Shown here: piece after piece, positions 49,250-60,716 of the stretch
How the letters are laid out: each line of letters begins with the position of its first letter
How positions within the stretch are numbered: the first letter of the stretch is position 1
The notes under the pieces: generated by a model
What the model was told of the DNA's origin: nothing
What the model saw: the letters and a program-made list of their open reading frames with translations, nothing else
Databases searched by the model: none
Made by a program: the position numbers and the translations under genes
Assembly: GCF_004010195.1 (NCBI RefSeq)
Contig: NC_057754.1
Location: forward strand, 9,673,700-9,737,699
Source: Chiloscyllium plagiosum
Lineage: Eukaryota
Direction: 5' to 3'
Length of the DNA: 64,000 bases

Positions 49250-49527
49250 GAGTGGCATTGGTTAGCACTGCTGCCTCACTGCGCCAAGGACTGGGGTTTG
49301 ATTTCAGCCTCGGGCGACTGCCTGTGTAAAGTATGCACATTCTCCCACTGTCTCTGTGGGTTTCTGCCTGGTGCTGTGGCTCCTCCCACTATCAAAAATG
49401 ATGTGCAGGCTAGGTGGATTATCCATGCTAAATGCTGGGTAACGGGGACAGGATGAGCCATGGGTCTAGCTGGGATACCCTCCACTTGATGGGCTGAATG
49501 GCCTCTGACTGCACTGTAGGGATCCTA
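49250..49527 (+). mobile_element. HE1-type V-SINE, diverged
   Basis: Head and V-domain. Confidence 0.8.
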
Positions 49528-49589
49528 TACTACATTTCCACCTGCAAAACCTCACATCATAGCCACTTGAAAAGAAGCTTCCAAAATGA

Positions 49590-50962
49590 ACAAAAGCAAA
49601 TAGTGTTATGGAGAATCCAAAGGGTTTTTTTCAAATACATGAAGGACAAAAGGGTAACATGGGAGAGAATAGGGCTCCTTAAAGATCAGCAAGGCTGCCT
49701 AATGTGCAGAACTGCAGGAGATTGGGGAGATGCTGAACAAATATTTTGTGTCAGTTCTTACTATGCAGAAGGAATGGAAGCTAGCGAACTCGGGAAGATA
49801 AATAGCAATATTTTGAAAAGTGCCCAAAATACAAACGAGGAGGTGCTGGATGGTTCAAAATACATAAGGATGGATAAGTTCCCAGGACTGGATCAGGTGT
49901 ACCCTCGAACCTTATGGAAAGTTAGGGCCTCTGGCTGAGATATTTGTATCATCGATAGCAATGGATGAGGTGCCAGAAGAACGGAGGTCGTGTAATGTGG
50001 TGCCACTATTTAAGAAAGGTGGTATGGAAAAGCCAGGGAACTAAAGACTGCTGAGCCTGATATCATTGGTGGGCATGTTGTTGGAGCTGTTTCGGAGGGT
50101 CAGGATTTACATGCATTTGGAAAGGCAAGGGCTGATTAGGAATAGTCAGCATGGCTTTGAGTGTGGGAAATCATGCCTCATTGATCTGACTGAAGTTTTT
50201 GAAGTGACAAAGAGGGCTGATGAAGGCAGCGCCTTGAACATTGTCTAAATAAATTTCATTAAGGTGTATGACAAGGTTCCGCATGGTAGACTGGTTAACA
50301 AGGTTAGGTCACACGGAATTAAAGGGAGAACTAGCCATTTGGATACAAAATTAGCTAAAAGGTAGGAGACAGAGAGTGGTGGTGGAGGGCTGCTTTTTGG
50401 ATTGGAGGCCTGTGACCAGCAGTGTGCCGCAAGCATCAGTGCTGGGTCCACTGCTTTTTGTCATTTATATAAATGATTTGGATATGAATGTAGGAGTTAT
50501 GGTTGGTAAGTTTGCAGAAGACATCAAAATTGATAGAATAGTGATAACCAAGAAGGTTACCTCAGAGTACAATGGGACCTTGATCAGACGGGCAGAGGAG
50601 TGGCAGATGTTGTTTCATTTAGATAAACGTGAGCTGCTACATTTTGATCAGGCAAATCAGGGCAGGACATGCACTTAGTGGCAAGGTCTGGGGAGTGCAG
50701 GTTCATAGTTCCTTGAAAGTGGCTTTGCAGGTAGATAGGGTAATGAAGAAGTCATTTGGTATGCTTGCTTTTATTGGTCAGTGCATTTCAGTATAGGAGT
50801 TGGGAGGTCATGTTGCAGCTGTACAGGACATTGGTTTGGCTAATTTTGGAATACTGCATTCAGCTTTGGTCTCCCTGCTATAGGAAGGATGTTGTGAAAT
50901 TTGAAAGTGTTCAGAAAAGATTTACAAAGATGTTGCCACAGTTGGACGGTTTGAGCTATAGC
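49590..50962 (+). mobile_element. CR1 LINE interrupted by ERV; 3' end resumes at ~53442-53605
   Basis: [20 protein letters not shown]; breaks at gagctatag. Confidence 0.88.
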
Positions 50963-51432
50963 TGAGAACATGTATAGAGTATAAGCAGGTTGGGAAAGAG
51001 TCAAGTTCTGAGTTTTGTAAAACAAGAGGTTCAGCTGGGCACGGCCCAGATCAGATACGAACTTACAGTTAACAATGGGGCACTGGAGACAAGGGTTAAC
51101 AAGGTGGAAAAGCATTCATTATGTACAGCCATTTAACAATATGGAAGCATTCAGTATGTAACGTCAGTTTAACAAGGTGATAAGTATTCATTATGTGAAG
51201 CCAGTTAAGATTAATTGTGTAATAGCAAATGACGTGATCTTTGCTATTGACACTCGCTGATTGTAACAATCACCCATTCAATCTGTATGTTGCCTTATCT
51301 GGATGCTCCTTCCTGTAAAATGACTATATAGTTCCAGTGTACATGGGTGATTGTTCTCTCTCCCTCCAGGGCCCAGAATAAAGGTGAAGGAGGTAAAACT
51401 TCCGGGGGGGGGGGGGGGGGGATGGGATGACA
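50963..51432 (+). mobile_element. ERV 5' LTR
   Basis: TG...CA ends, TATATA at ~51325, AATAAA at ~51377, immediately followed by a PBS. Confidence 0.8.
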
Positions 51433-51436
51433 ATAT

Positions 51437-51454
51437 TGGAGTAGTCAGCAGGAT
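51437..51454 (+). promoter_or_regulatory. Primer-binding site, tRNA-Ser type
   Basis: TGGAGTAGTCAGCAGGAT matches 16/18 to TGGCGTAGTCGGCAGGAT, the complement of the vertebrate tRNA-Ser(AGA) 3' end as recalled. Confidence 0.8.
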
Positions 51455-51635
51455 CCAAACAGACAGTTATGGTCAGGGTGGCTAGGCCCACAAGGGAAGA
51501 TTTTAAACCTTGGTACCTCTTGCTGTTCCTGTGCGCTGGAGACGGTTCCCTTGCTCCATCATTCTCTATTCTATGGATTCCTCGAATGGTAATAAGTTCA
51601 ATCGAGAGACAAAATTTCGCAAGTGCACTGGCAGG

Positions 51636-52320
51636 CAGAGGTTCGAGTCCTCTGTGCTGCTTTGGGGGAAGGGGGGTATGATTGAGGTTCCGGTCCTCTG
51701 CACGGTATTGAGATTCAAGTCCCCTGGGGTGGGTGTAATTGAGGTTCGAGTCCCCTGGGGTGGGTGTGATTGAGGTTCGAGTCCCCTGGGGTGGGTGTGA
51801 TTGAGGTTCGAGTCCTCTGCGCAGTACTGGTGTTTGATTTCCCTGGGGTGGGTGTAATTGAGGTTAGAGTCCTCTGCACGGTACTGGGGTTTGATTCCCC
51901 TGGGGTGGCTATAATTGAAGTTTGAGCCCCCAGGGTGGGTAATTGAGGGTTGAGTCCTCTGCACAGTATGGGGTGCGAGTCCCCTGGGGTGGCTGTAATT
52001 GAGGGTCAAGTCCTCTGCGCGGTACTGGGTTTTGATTTCCCCTGGGGTGGTTAATGAGGGTAGAGTCCTCTGAGCAGTACTGGGGTTCGAGTCCCCTGGG
52101 GTAGGTAATTGAGTTTCGAGTCTCCGCTCTGTGGTAAGGTTCGAGCCCTCTGCACGGCACTGGGGTTCAAGTCCCCCAGGGGTGGGTGTGATTGACGGTT
52201 GTGTCCTCTGCGCGGTACTTGGTTTTGCTCTCACCTGGGGTGGGTGTAATTTAGGTTTGAGTCCCTCGCTCTGTGGTAAGGTTCGAGCCCTCTGCATTTG
52301 AGCGAGGTTCGAGCCCCCGT
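51636..52320 (+). repeat. ~27-31-bp minisatellite in ERV leader, each unit carrying a GGTTCGAGTCC-like motif
   Basis: More than 20 variants of GGTTCGAGTCC alternating with CCTGGGGTGGGTGTAATT or TCTGCGCAGTACT spacers. Confidence 0.92.
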
Positions 52321-53221
52321 GGGGAGTAAAGCGAGAAAGGGGTTAAAGTCCCCTAGTGGTGAAATTTGAGGCTCTGAGAGTCTTTGTTCTGGGGGCAAGA
52401 GTGAGGCTTGGATTGGTGCACCATGTGGTCCGTTGTGAGGGCTCTGGTTTTATAAATGTAATTTTAATGAGAGAATGCAAAACAAAATGAGAAATGCTGA
52501 AATTAAGGCTGTACTAATACCTGGGTTGAAAAGGAAAGTTTCAATGTGAATTTTGCCATGCTGTGTGTGTGTGATGTTTAAAAATTTTGGTTTGTTAAAA
52601 GCCTGGTTCAGAAAATCCTTTTAAGTAATTGTTTTGCCTTGTTTGAATTAGGATCTCAATTGAATGTGTTTTGTGGGTTATATAATGGGGCAGATTTTGT
52701 TTTTACATTAAAATTGTACAATTTTATGTCCTTTTTTAAAATAATCAAACTTGCAACCTTTAAAACAATTTGACTGAGTGCCTTGAGCCACTGATGTGTT
52801 TGAAATTCTACAATCACTGTTTAAAAAGGAACAGTTGGGTCAGTGGTCATGCTTTAGCCAGATGAGAGTACAGTGTATTGTATTAAAATATCTTCAATGA
52901 CTAAAGCACAGGAAACATTTTGTTTTCTTGCTGTTCCAGACTTTTGAAATACTTATCCTGACAGCTTTCACATTAGCCAAGTATCAATTTGTTAAAGGAA
53001 AATTAGTTTTGAATAACCCTAGAGAATTTGATTTTAGGACCATTGATTGTTGTTTATAAATGACTGACTTGTTTAGGCAGGACAATTTACAAGTTTATGG
53101 ATTGTATAAAACTTGATGATGTCATAACTAGTGAACAGAGTAACAGATTTCAAGAATTCAAAGAATGATGAAATAGGCAGACACAATTTAGCGTAGTTAA
53201 AACCACCTTAGCAAGGAAGGA

Positions 53222-53330
53222 ATGAGAGAGGAAATGCAAAGATACTTTCAGCAGCTAACATTGTCTCTAGAGTTTCTCCATTCGCAGGTAAAACATGCCT
53301 TCTGCCCACCGCCCACCCTTCCACAGCCTG
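53222..53330 (+). mobile_element. Retroviral integrase C-terminal remnant
   Basis: MQRYFQQLTLSLEFLHSQVKHA then, frame-shifted, PPFHSL resembles the Y..L...L..LH.QV..A.P....H.L segment of class I ERV integrases; short, recognised by eye. Confidence 0.55.
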
Positions 53331-53359
53331 ATCCAATGGATTCAATCAGCTCCCCAGTC

Positions 53360-53442
53360 ATGGGCACAAAAAGTGAAGAAATTAACAACAATGAAGAAGA
53401 GGCTTTTTGTCAGTGGCCTTCCTATGGACATTAAACCATGTG
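53360..53442 (+). pseudogene. rbpms2: Fragment of RBPMS/RBPMS2 (Hermes)-like coding sequence, frameshifted and truncated
   Basis: ATG..MGTKSEEINNNEEE, 1 nt, then LFVSGLPMDIKP matches the RBPMS-family N-terminus EEEVRTLFVSGLPxDIKPRE with an 8-nt loss; paralogue identity (RBPMS vs RBPMS2) uncertain. Confidence 0.8.
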
Positions 53443-54382
53443 CAATTACAACATTTAAAAGGCATCCAGAGGGTCATACGAATATGAAGGGCTTAGATAT
53501 GAGCCAAATACTAGCAATGGGACTAGGTTCATTTAGGATGTCTAGTCGGCATGGACAAGTTGGATCAAAGGGGCTGATTCTCTGCTGTCCATCTCTATGA
53601 CCCTGTGGGAATATATGAATTCGGTGCCACAATGGGCATGACCCTGCATTGTCTGATCCATCATTCGGTAAGATTGCAGCTGATCTGACTGTAACCTCAA
53701 CTTCACATTCCCAGCTACTCTCCGTAACATTTCACTGCTTTGCTTATCAAAAGTCCATCTACCGCTACCTTAAAAATATTCAATTAATCGGCTTGCACTT
53801 CCATGTTTGATTCATGCATGGGATGTGGGTGCCACTGGTTCAGGCTGCTTTTGATTTGGAAGACCACTTGCAGTTGGCGGTGTTCGCATGCGTCTGCATC
53901 CATGGCGTTTTTAGGTTGCAGATGTTGCTGGTTTGGAAGGTTCTGTAAAAAGAATTTTGGTGAGATACTGTAGTGCATCTTGTAGATGGCAGTCATTATC
54001 ACCACCATGTGCAAAGTTGCAGGGAGTGAACTTTGAAGATGGTGCATAGGTTGCTAATTGAGTGGACTGTGTTTTACTGGGTGATGCTTGTAGGTGATTA
54101 TTAGCACTGGTGATAGGCATTTAAGAGTCCTACAGCACGGAGACAGGCCCTTTGGCCCAAACTGGTCCATGCTGACCAAAATGTCCATCCACGCTAACCC
54201 CATTTACCTGCATTTGGCCCATATTCATCTAAACCTTTCCTATCCATGGATTTGTCCAAATGCGTTTTGAATGTTGTTAATGTACCTGCCTCAACCACTT
54301 CCACTGGCAGCTCATTCCACCCTCTGTTTAAAAAAAGTTGCCCCTCAGGTTCCTTTTTATTCTTTCCCCTCTCACCTTAAAC

Positions 54383-55139
54383 TGAGTTCAACCCTGTCAA
54401 GTGTGAGGTTGTCCATTTTGGAAGGTCAAATAAGAATGCGGAATACAGGGTTAACGGTAGGGTTCTTAGTAAGGTGGAGGAGCAGAGGGATCTTGGGGTC
54501 TATGTTCATAGCTCTTTGAAAGTTGCCACTCAGGTGGATAGAGCTTGTAAGAAGGCCTATGGTGTATTAGCGTTCATTAGCAGAGGGATTGAATTCAAGA
54601 GTCGTGAGGTGATGTGGCAACTGTACAGGACCTTGGTAAGGCCACATTTGGAGTACTGTGTGCAGTTCTGGTCACCTCATTTTAGGAAAGATGTGGTGGC
54701 TTTGGAGAGGGTACAGAGGAGATTTACCAGGATGTTGCCTGGAATGGAGAATAGGTCGTACGAGGATAGGTTGAGAGTGCTAGGCCTTTTCTCATTGGAA
54801 CGGCGAAGGATGAGGGGTGACTTGATAGAGGTTTATAAGACGATCAGGGGAATAGATAGAGTGGACAGTCAGAGACTTTTTCCCCAGGTACAACAGAGTG
54901 TTACAAGGGGACATAAATTTAAGGTGAAGGGTGGAAGGTATGGGGGGGATGTCAGGGGTAGGTTCTTTACCCAGAGAGTGGTGGAATGCGCTGCCTGTGG
55001 GAGTGGCAGAGTCAGAATCATTGGTGACCTTTAAGCGGCAATTGGATAGGTACATGGATAGGTGCTTAAGCTAGATCAAATGTTCGGCACATCGTGGGCC
55101 GAAGGGCCTGTTCTGTGCTGTATTGTTCTATGTTCTGTG
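54383..55139 (+). mobile_element. Young CR1 3' fragment
   Basis: Open ORF 54474-55034 (LYRTLVRPHLEYCVQFWSP..LERVQRRFTR); (TGTTCT)n tail. Confidence 0.93.
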
Positions 55140-55485
55140 ATGCCCTCCAGTCCTCGATTCCCCAACCCTGGGAAAACGACTGAGTGCATTCACCCTGTCC
55201 ATGCCTCTCATGATCTTATACACTTCTATAAGATCCCACCTCAGCCTCCGCCACTCTAAAGAAAAGGTCCTAGTTTGTCCAATCTCTCCCTATAACTCAA
55301 ACCTTTCAGTCCTGTCAACATCCTTGCAAATTTCTTCTGCGCTCTTTCGAGTTTAATAACATCCTTCCTGTAGCAAGGTGACCAAAACTGAACACAATAT
55401 TCCAAATGAGGCCTCACCAACGTCCTGTACAACTGCAACATAGCTTCCCAACTTCTATACTCAATGCCCTGACTGATGATGGCCA

Positions 55486-55583
55486 CTGTCTAGATTAGAG
55501 TGGTGCTGGAAAAGCACAGCAGGTCAGGCAGCATCCAAGGAGCAGGAAAATCGACGTTTCGGGCAAACGCCCTTCATCGGGAA
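55486..55583 (-). mobile_element. Single-arm family-1 PLE end with near-intact hammerhead
   Basis: Minus CCGAUGA-A-GGGC(GUUU)GCCC-GAAA-CG-UC (U4>C); imperfect TSD ATGA(T/A)GGCCA. Confidence 0.8.
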
Positions 55584-56439
55584 TGAAGGCCAGTGTGCCA
55601 AAAGCCGCCTTCACTGTCTACTTGAGAGTCCATTTTCAGACAACGGTGCACATGAACTCCCAGGTCCCTCTACTCTCCTTAAGGCCCTGCCATTCACCAT
55701 GAAACTCCTATTTTGATTTGACTTCACAGGCCTCACAATTATCTACATTAAATTTCATTTACCATTTCTCAGCCCACTTCCCCGGCTGATCAAGGTCCCG
55801 CTGCAGTTTCTGATAATCTTCCTCACTGTCCATGATACTGCCTACGTTAGTGTCACCTGCAAACTCACTAATCATTGATATAGATAACAAACAGCAATGG
55901 ACCCTGCACCGACCCCTGAGGCACTCCTTTAAGTCACAGGCCTCCAGTCCGACAAGCATCCTTCCACTATTACCCTCTGCTTCCTACCATCAAGCCAACT
56001 GTGTATCTAATTTGACAGCTCCCCCTGGATTCCATGCGACCTAACCTTCCAGAGCAGCCTACCATGTGGAAGCTTATCAAAGGACTTACTGATTTTACGT
56101 CTACCATCCTGCCCTCATCAACCTTCCTGGGCACTTCATCAAAGAACTCTAATAAATTTGTGAGACATGACCCCTCATGCATAAAGCCCTGCTGACTACT
56201 CCTAATCAAACACTGTCTTTCCAAATGCATGTGCATCATACCTCAATCTTCTCAAGCAACTTCCCCACCACAGATATTAAGCTTATTGGTCAATAGATCC
56301 CAGGCTTTTCTTTGCAGCTCTTCTTGAATAAAGGCACAATATTTGCTGTCCTCCAGTCTTCTGGGACCTCATCCTTGGCTAACGATGATGCAAAAATATC
56401 AGCCAGGGCATGTGCAATTTTTCTCTAGCCTCTTGGATA

Positions 56440-57004
56440 TAGAGGAACTTACATTATCTAAAATGAGCTGGGCGGGCACTATTTTGTTCAGATAATTGAT
56501 TATTCAATTAATTGAGCCCCAGAGGAAATCACAGCTTTCTGTGAAGTCTGCTCCCCATTCAAGAGACAAGGCAAAAGCACACTGTGTGCGAGACCCCGCA
56601 CCCCACAACCCCATCCAACACCGCCCGACCCCCATCCACCCCCCCAACTCCAGTGCAGCCAGACTGTACACCAACAGTTAGACTGCTGCTGCCGCTTTTG
56701 TGGGATAAGTCTCCAAATAGCGCGCGCGTGCACACACACACACACAACTTTTTGACAAGTTCCCACTCTGCCCTGTAGAGGACAATGTTAGAGAGATTAT
56801 CTAGGGAAGAGGGGGGGGGGGTGGTTAGGGTACATCCCTGTGTAGAACTCCAGGGAAAGTGTGGGGGGGGGGAAGAGAGAGAGGGCAGGAGATCAGTCAT
56901 TTAGGGACGGTTCTTTGATGTAATATTTCTATCAGGACCTTGAGATCACCTTCGGATAATCTGATATTCAGATGATTGATATTCGGATAGTCGAGCTTTC
57001 TCTG
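56440..57004. mobile_element. Tc1/mariner (Tigger-like) non-autonomous element
   Basis: TA-flanked; imperfect TIRs agaggaacttacattatctaa / ttcggatagtcgagctttctctg; host CR1 rejoins across it. Confidence 0.75.
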
Positions 57005-58499
57005 TATCTGGTCAGGACTAGGAGATTTATTGACCTCTATACATTCTAATAAGTCCAACATCTCCTCTACTGTGATATGGACGGTCCCCAAGATAGGATC
57101 ACTAACTTCCCCAAGTTACAAGTCTTCATGTCTTTCTCCTCCATGGTAAACAGAGGAGAAATATTCATTGAGGATCGCTTCCATCTCCTGTGATTCTACA
57201 CATACATGTCCACTTTGATCCTTGAGGGGTCCTATACTCTCTCTAGTTATTTGTTTTTCTTTAATATACTTAAAGAACCTCTTTGGGTTCACCCTAATCT
57301 TCTCAGTCACAGAAGATGGCTATCTGGTGTCCCCCTTTTCACCATCCTGATTTCCTTCGTCTGTAAACTCTTCTACCCCCTATATACCTCCAACAGATTC
57401 CCTTGATCCCAGCTACCTGTACCTGAGCCATGCCTCCTCTTTTCTAGTCAAAGCCTCAATATCTCTTGTCATCCAGGGTTCCCTATTCCTGTCAACCTTG
57501 CCTTTCACCCTCACAGGAATATATAGACCTTGAACTCTAGCTATCTCACTTTTAAAGGCCTCCCATTTGCCGGAGGTCCCTTTGCCTGCAAACAAACTAT
57601 TCCAATCAACTCCTGTAAGTTCCTTTCTAATTTCATCAAATTTCACCTTGCCCCAATTTAGAACTTGAACTTGCTGTGAACACACTTAAATTCCACCTCA
57701 TCGAAGTCCTTAATGCTGTGGCAGTCCCAGTCTATGTTCAGAACATTTAAATCTTCTACTATATCAATCCTATTCCTCCTGCCCGTCTCTCTATTTCCAG
57801 CATATTTGTCCCTCTAATTCTTGTTGACTATTTGGGGGCCTATAGTACATCCCCAATAACTATCACCATCCCCTTATTTCTTAGCTCCATGCACAAAGCC
57901 ATAAGCAAACAGTACAGAAACAGATGCTTCAGACTAACTAGTCCGTGCTGAATATAATCCCAAATCTAAACTAGTCTCACCTGCCTGCTCCTGGTTTATA
58001 TCCTTCCAAACCTTTTCTATTCATGTACTTATCCAAATGTCTTTTAAATATTGTAATTTTACCCACATCCACCACTTCCTTAGGAAGTTGATTCCACACA
58101 CAAATCCCCCTACGTGGGTTTAAAAAAAAAGTCCCCTTGGTGCTTTTCAAAAAAAATCTTTAACAATGTGTCCCAGAGTCTTGAAATCCCCCATTCGAAG
58201 GGAAGAAATCTACCACTAACTATCTATATCGTTCATTATTTTATAAACTTCAAGAAAGTCTCCCCCCCAACCTCCTGCACTCCAGTGCAAAGAAAATCCC
58301 AGCCTTTCTCTGTAACCGATATTTTCCAGATCTTGTTGCATTTGGATAAGGGCATGTTCCAATTCGTTTGTGCTGCTTTTATTGTGTCACCAACATTCAA
58401 AACAGACCAACTAACTCTCCTGATTCGAGTTGTGCGTGTGAAGACTCCCTCTCAAAGCTCATTGCAAAGGAGTTTGCAAAATTCAGACCAGTCTCCTTG

Positions 58500-58960
58500 C
58501 TGCTTCCTGCGCCAGGCTGGCTGCATTTGTGCCCTGGGGCATAGTGCCCCTATTAAACATGGCGGCCATGAATTGGGTCCAAGGCAGAGAGGATACCTCG
58601 CAGTTACCTTTCCTATTCGCTGCAATTGTGGAAGCAGCCGGTCCTTATTTGGTGATTGGAAGCCGCACGGAATATTTAGGAAGCTGTCTTACCTACCCAG
58701 CCCGTCCGCCCGAAAAGCCGCTCGTTGTCTTGATTGTAAATCTTACCGCGGGCAGGTCCGAGAGCTGACCGTCACACCGGCCCGTCGTCCAGAGTGCGCA
58801 TGCGCCGGAACGTGGTCGCAGCGCGATTGACAGCGACGCAAGATAAAGAGGGGCGGGTCCGGAGGACGGGGCGGGTCCTCCAACCAATCGGATTGGAAGA
58901 AGCGCGGGATCGGGTGTTTTGTCCTCGCGCCCTCCTGCCCCTTCGGGAATTCCATTGTGA
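58500..58960 (-). promoter_or_regulatory. CpG-island promoter candidate, probably of ZNF-C (or of a gene hidden in the gap)
   Basis: NRF1-type TGCGCATGCGC (~58795), ETS-like CCGGAA (~58805), two GGGGCGGG (~58850, ~58868), opposed CCAAT/ATTGG (~58884-58896), YY1-type AACATGGCGG (~58556); minus-strand donor GCG|GTAAGA (~58745). Confidence 0.75.
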
Positions 58961-59198
58961 ATTTCGTACCAAAGTTCGACTTTAGTAAACTTTGAGTTGC
59001 TGCTGAGAGTTCTCGAATTGCGAACAGAGATCATTGATGCTTTCAAATGGGTTCAGCACCGAATGTCCAACTCTAGCCCATAACCAGTATGACAAGCAGA
59101 ATCAAATATTGTTACACTATTAACCCTCAGTGACGGAATGAAATGTTAAAGGATTGATTTGTTGTGCTGACATGTAAGAAACTGGATGTCTGGGGAGG

Positions 59199-59412
59199 CG
59201 GGGTGGGGTTCTGTTTTGCAGACAGGATGTGACAATCTAATCATACTGTTTTGAGAAATAACCTAATCTCACACTTGTTTCTGGAAATAATCTAATCACT
59301 TTGTTCGGGGTGGGGTTCTGTTTTGCAGACAGGATGTGACAATCTAATCATACTGTTTTGAGAAATAACCTAATCTCACACTTGTTTCTGGAAATAATCT
59401 AATCACTTTGTT
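59199..59412. repeat. Perfect 107-bp tandem duplication
   Basis: 59199-59305 is identical to 59306-59412. Confidence 0.95.
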
Positions 59413-60110
59413 TTTGGGCGGCTGGGTCTTGCGTGCACGACTGACTGTGATGTAAAACCCTGTATGATGGGAGGATGGTTCCCTTGCTCAGAGAGTCTCA
59501 CTTGACAAGCTCTACAAGCATCACAAAGTGTTAAGTGATCCTCCAAAAGCTTGTACATGATGAAATAAATTGTGGCTGTGCACTGAAAAAAAACATTAAT
59601 ACTACATGTTAAGAAATATAATAGTAGTTCACGATTCCAGTTTCTGGAACCGTGCAAGTTCACTTCAGAGGCACTCACCTTCCTGACTTGGAAATGCATT
59701 GCCAATGTTGCTGGGTCAACAATCCCAGAATTACTTCTTCCAGCAGATGGACTACAGCGGTTCAAGAGGCAGCTAGAGACAGGCAATAAATGGGTCTGCA
59801 TCCCATGATGAATAACAAAACAAAAACCTGAACTTGTTAAGGAGTGTAACAGGCAAAGCAGATGAGCTTAGAGCCTGGATTAGTCATAGAGTCATACAGA
59901 ACAGTCCAACTCAGTTATGTTGGCCAGGATTCTCAAACTGAATTAGTCAAATTTTCCTCAAATCCCTCTAAATCTTGCAGATGCTGGAAATCAGATACAA
60001 AAACAGAAATTGCTGAAAAATCTCAGCAGGTCTGCCAGCATCTGTGGAGAGAAATCTAACGTTTTGGGTATAGTAACCCTTCAGAACTGATGGTAGCTAG
60101 GAAAAAGTTG

Positions 60111-60430
60111 AAAATGAAACAACACCAGGTTATAGCCCAACAGGTTTATTTGGAAGCACAAGCTTTCAGAGCACTGCTCCTTCATCTGGTGGTTGTGGAA
60201 TATCAGATCGTAAGACAGCATTTATATCAAAAGTTTACAGTGTGATGTAACTCAAATGATATATTGAAAAAGACCTGGATTGTTAAGAAATCACCACATT
60301 CCACAACCACCTGACAAAGAAGCAGCGCTTTGAAAGCTAGTGCTTCCAAATAAACCTGTTGGACTATAACTTAGTGTTGTGTGATTTTTAAACTTTGTCC
60401 ATCCCAGTCCAACACCGGCTCCTCTACATA
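60111..60430 (+). mobile_element. Fold-back PLE derivative (family 2) inside another PLE end
   Basis: 12-bp TSD AGGAAAAAGTTG (60099-60110, 60431-60442); inverted arms with two degenerate hammerheads. Confidence 0.88.
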
Positions 60431-60716
60431 AGGAAAAAGTTGTTTTTTATGCAGAAGGTAGGGTGGGGGTGGGGCAGGGGTCAGGAGGACATAAAGCCCA
60501 AAGAGAGAGAAGAACAGTTGGACAGACAAAGGAGTGGATTATGATCGGAATAGCTGCTAATGGGGACTATTAGTGGCTAACAATGTACCCATTGTGTAAT
60601 AGCAAGCCATGGTGGTGTGGGGTTTGGGGTAAGGACATGGGAACGGTGCCTCAAGCCTTAAGTGTTGAACTTGAATGCAGAAGGCTGTAGAATTCCCAGG
60701 TGGAAAATGAATGCTG

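Larger units (their letters stand above)
54120..57900 (-). mobile_element. CR1 LINE, long decayed copy hosting younger insertions
   Basis: RSSQQGF..SCLTNLLEFFDEV, NPKRFFKYIK, WEAFKSEI..EPWMT. Confidence 0.9.

Noticed and set aside
51566-52297. 243-aa minus-strand ORF
   Set aside because: By-product of the minisatellite lacking stops in one frame; repetitive low-complexity peptide with no domain
58114-58830. 238-aa plus-strand ORF
   Set aside because: Spans an antisense CR1 tail and a CpG island; no recognisable protein features
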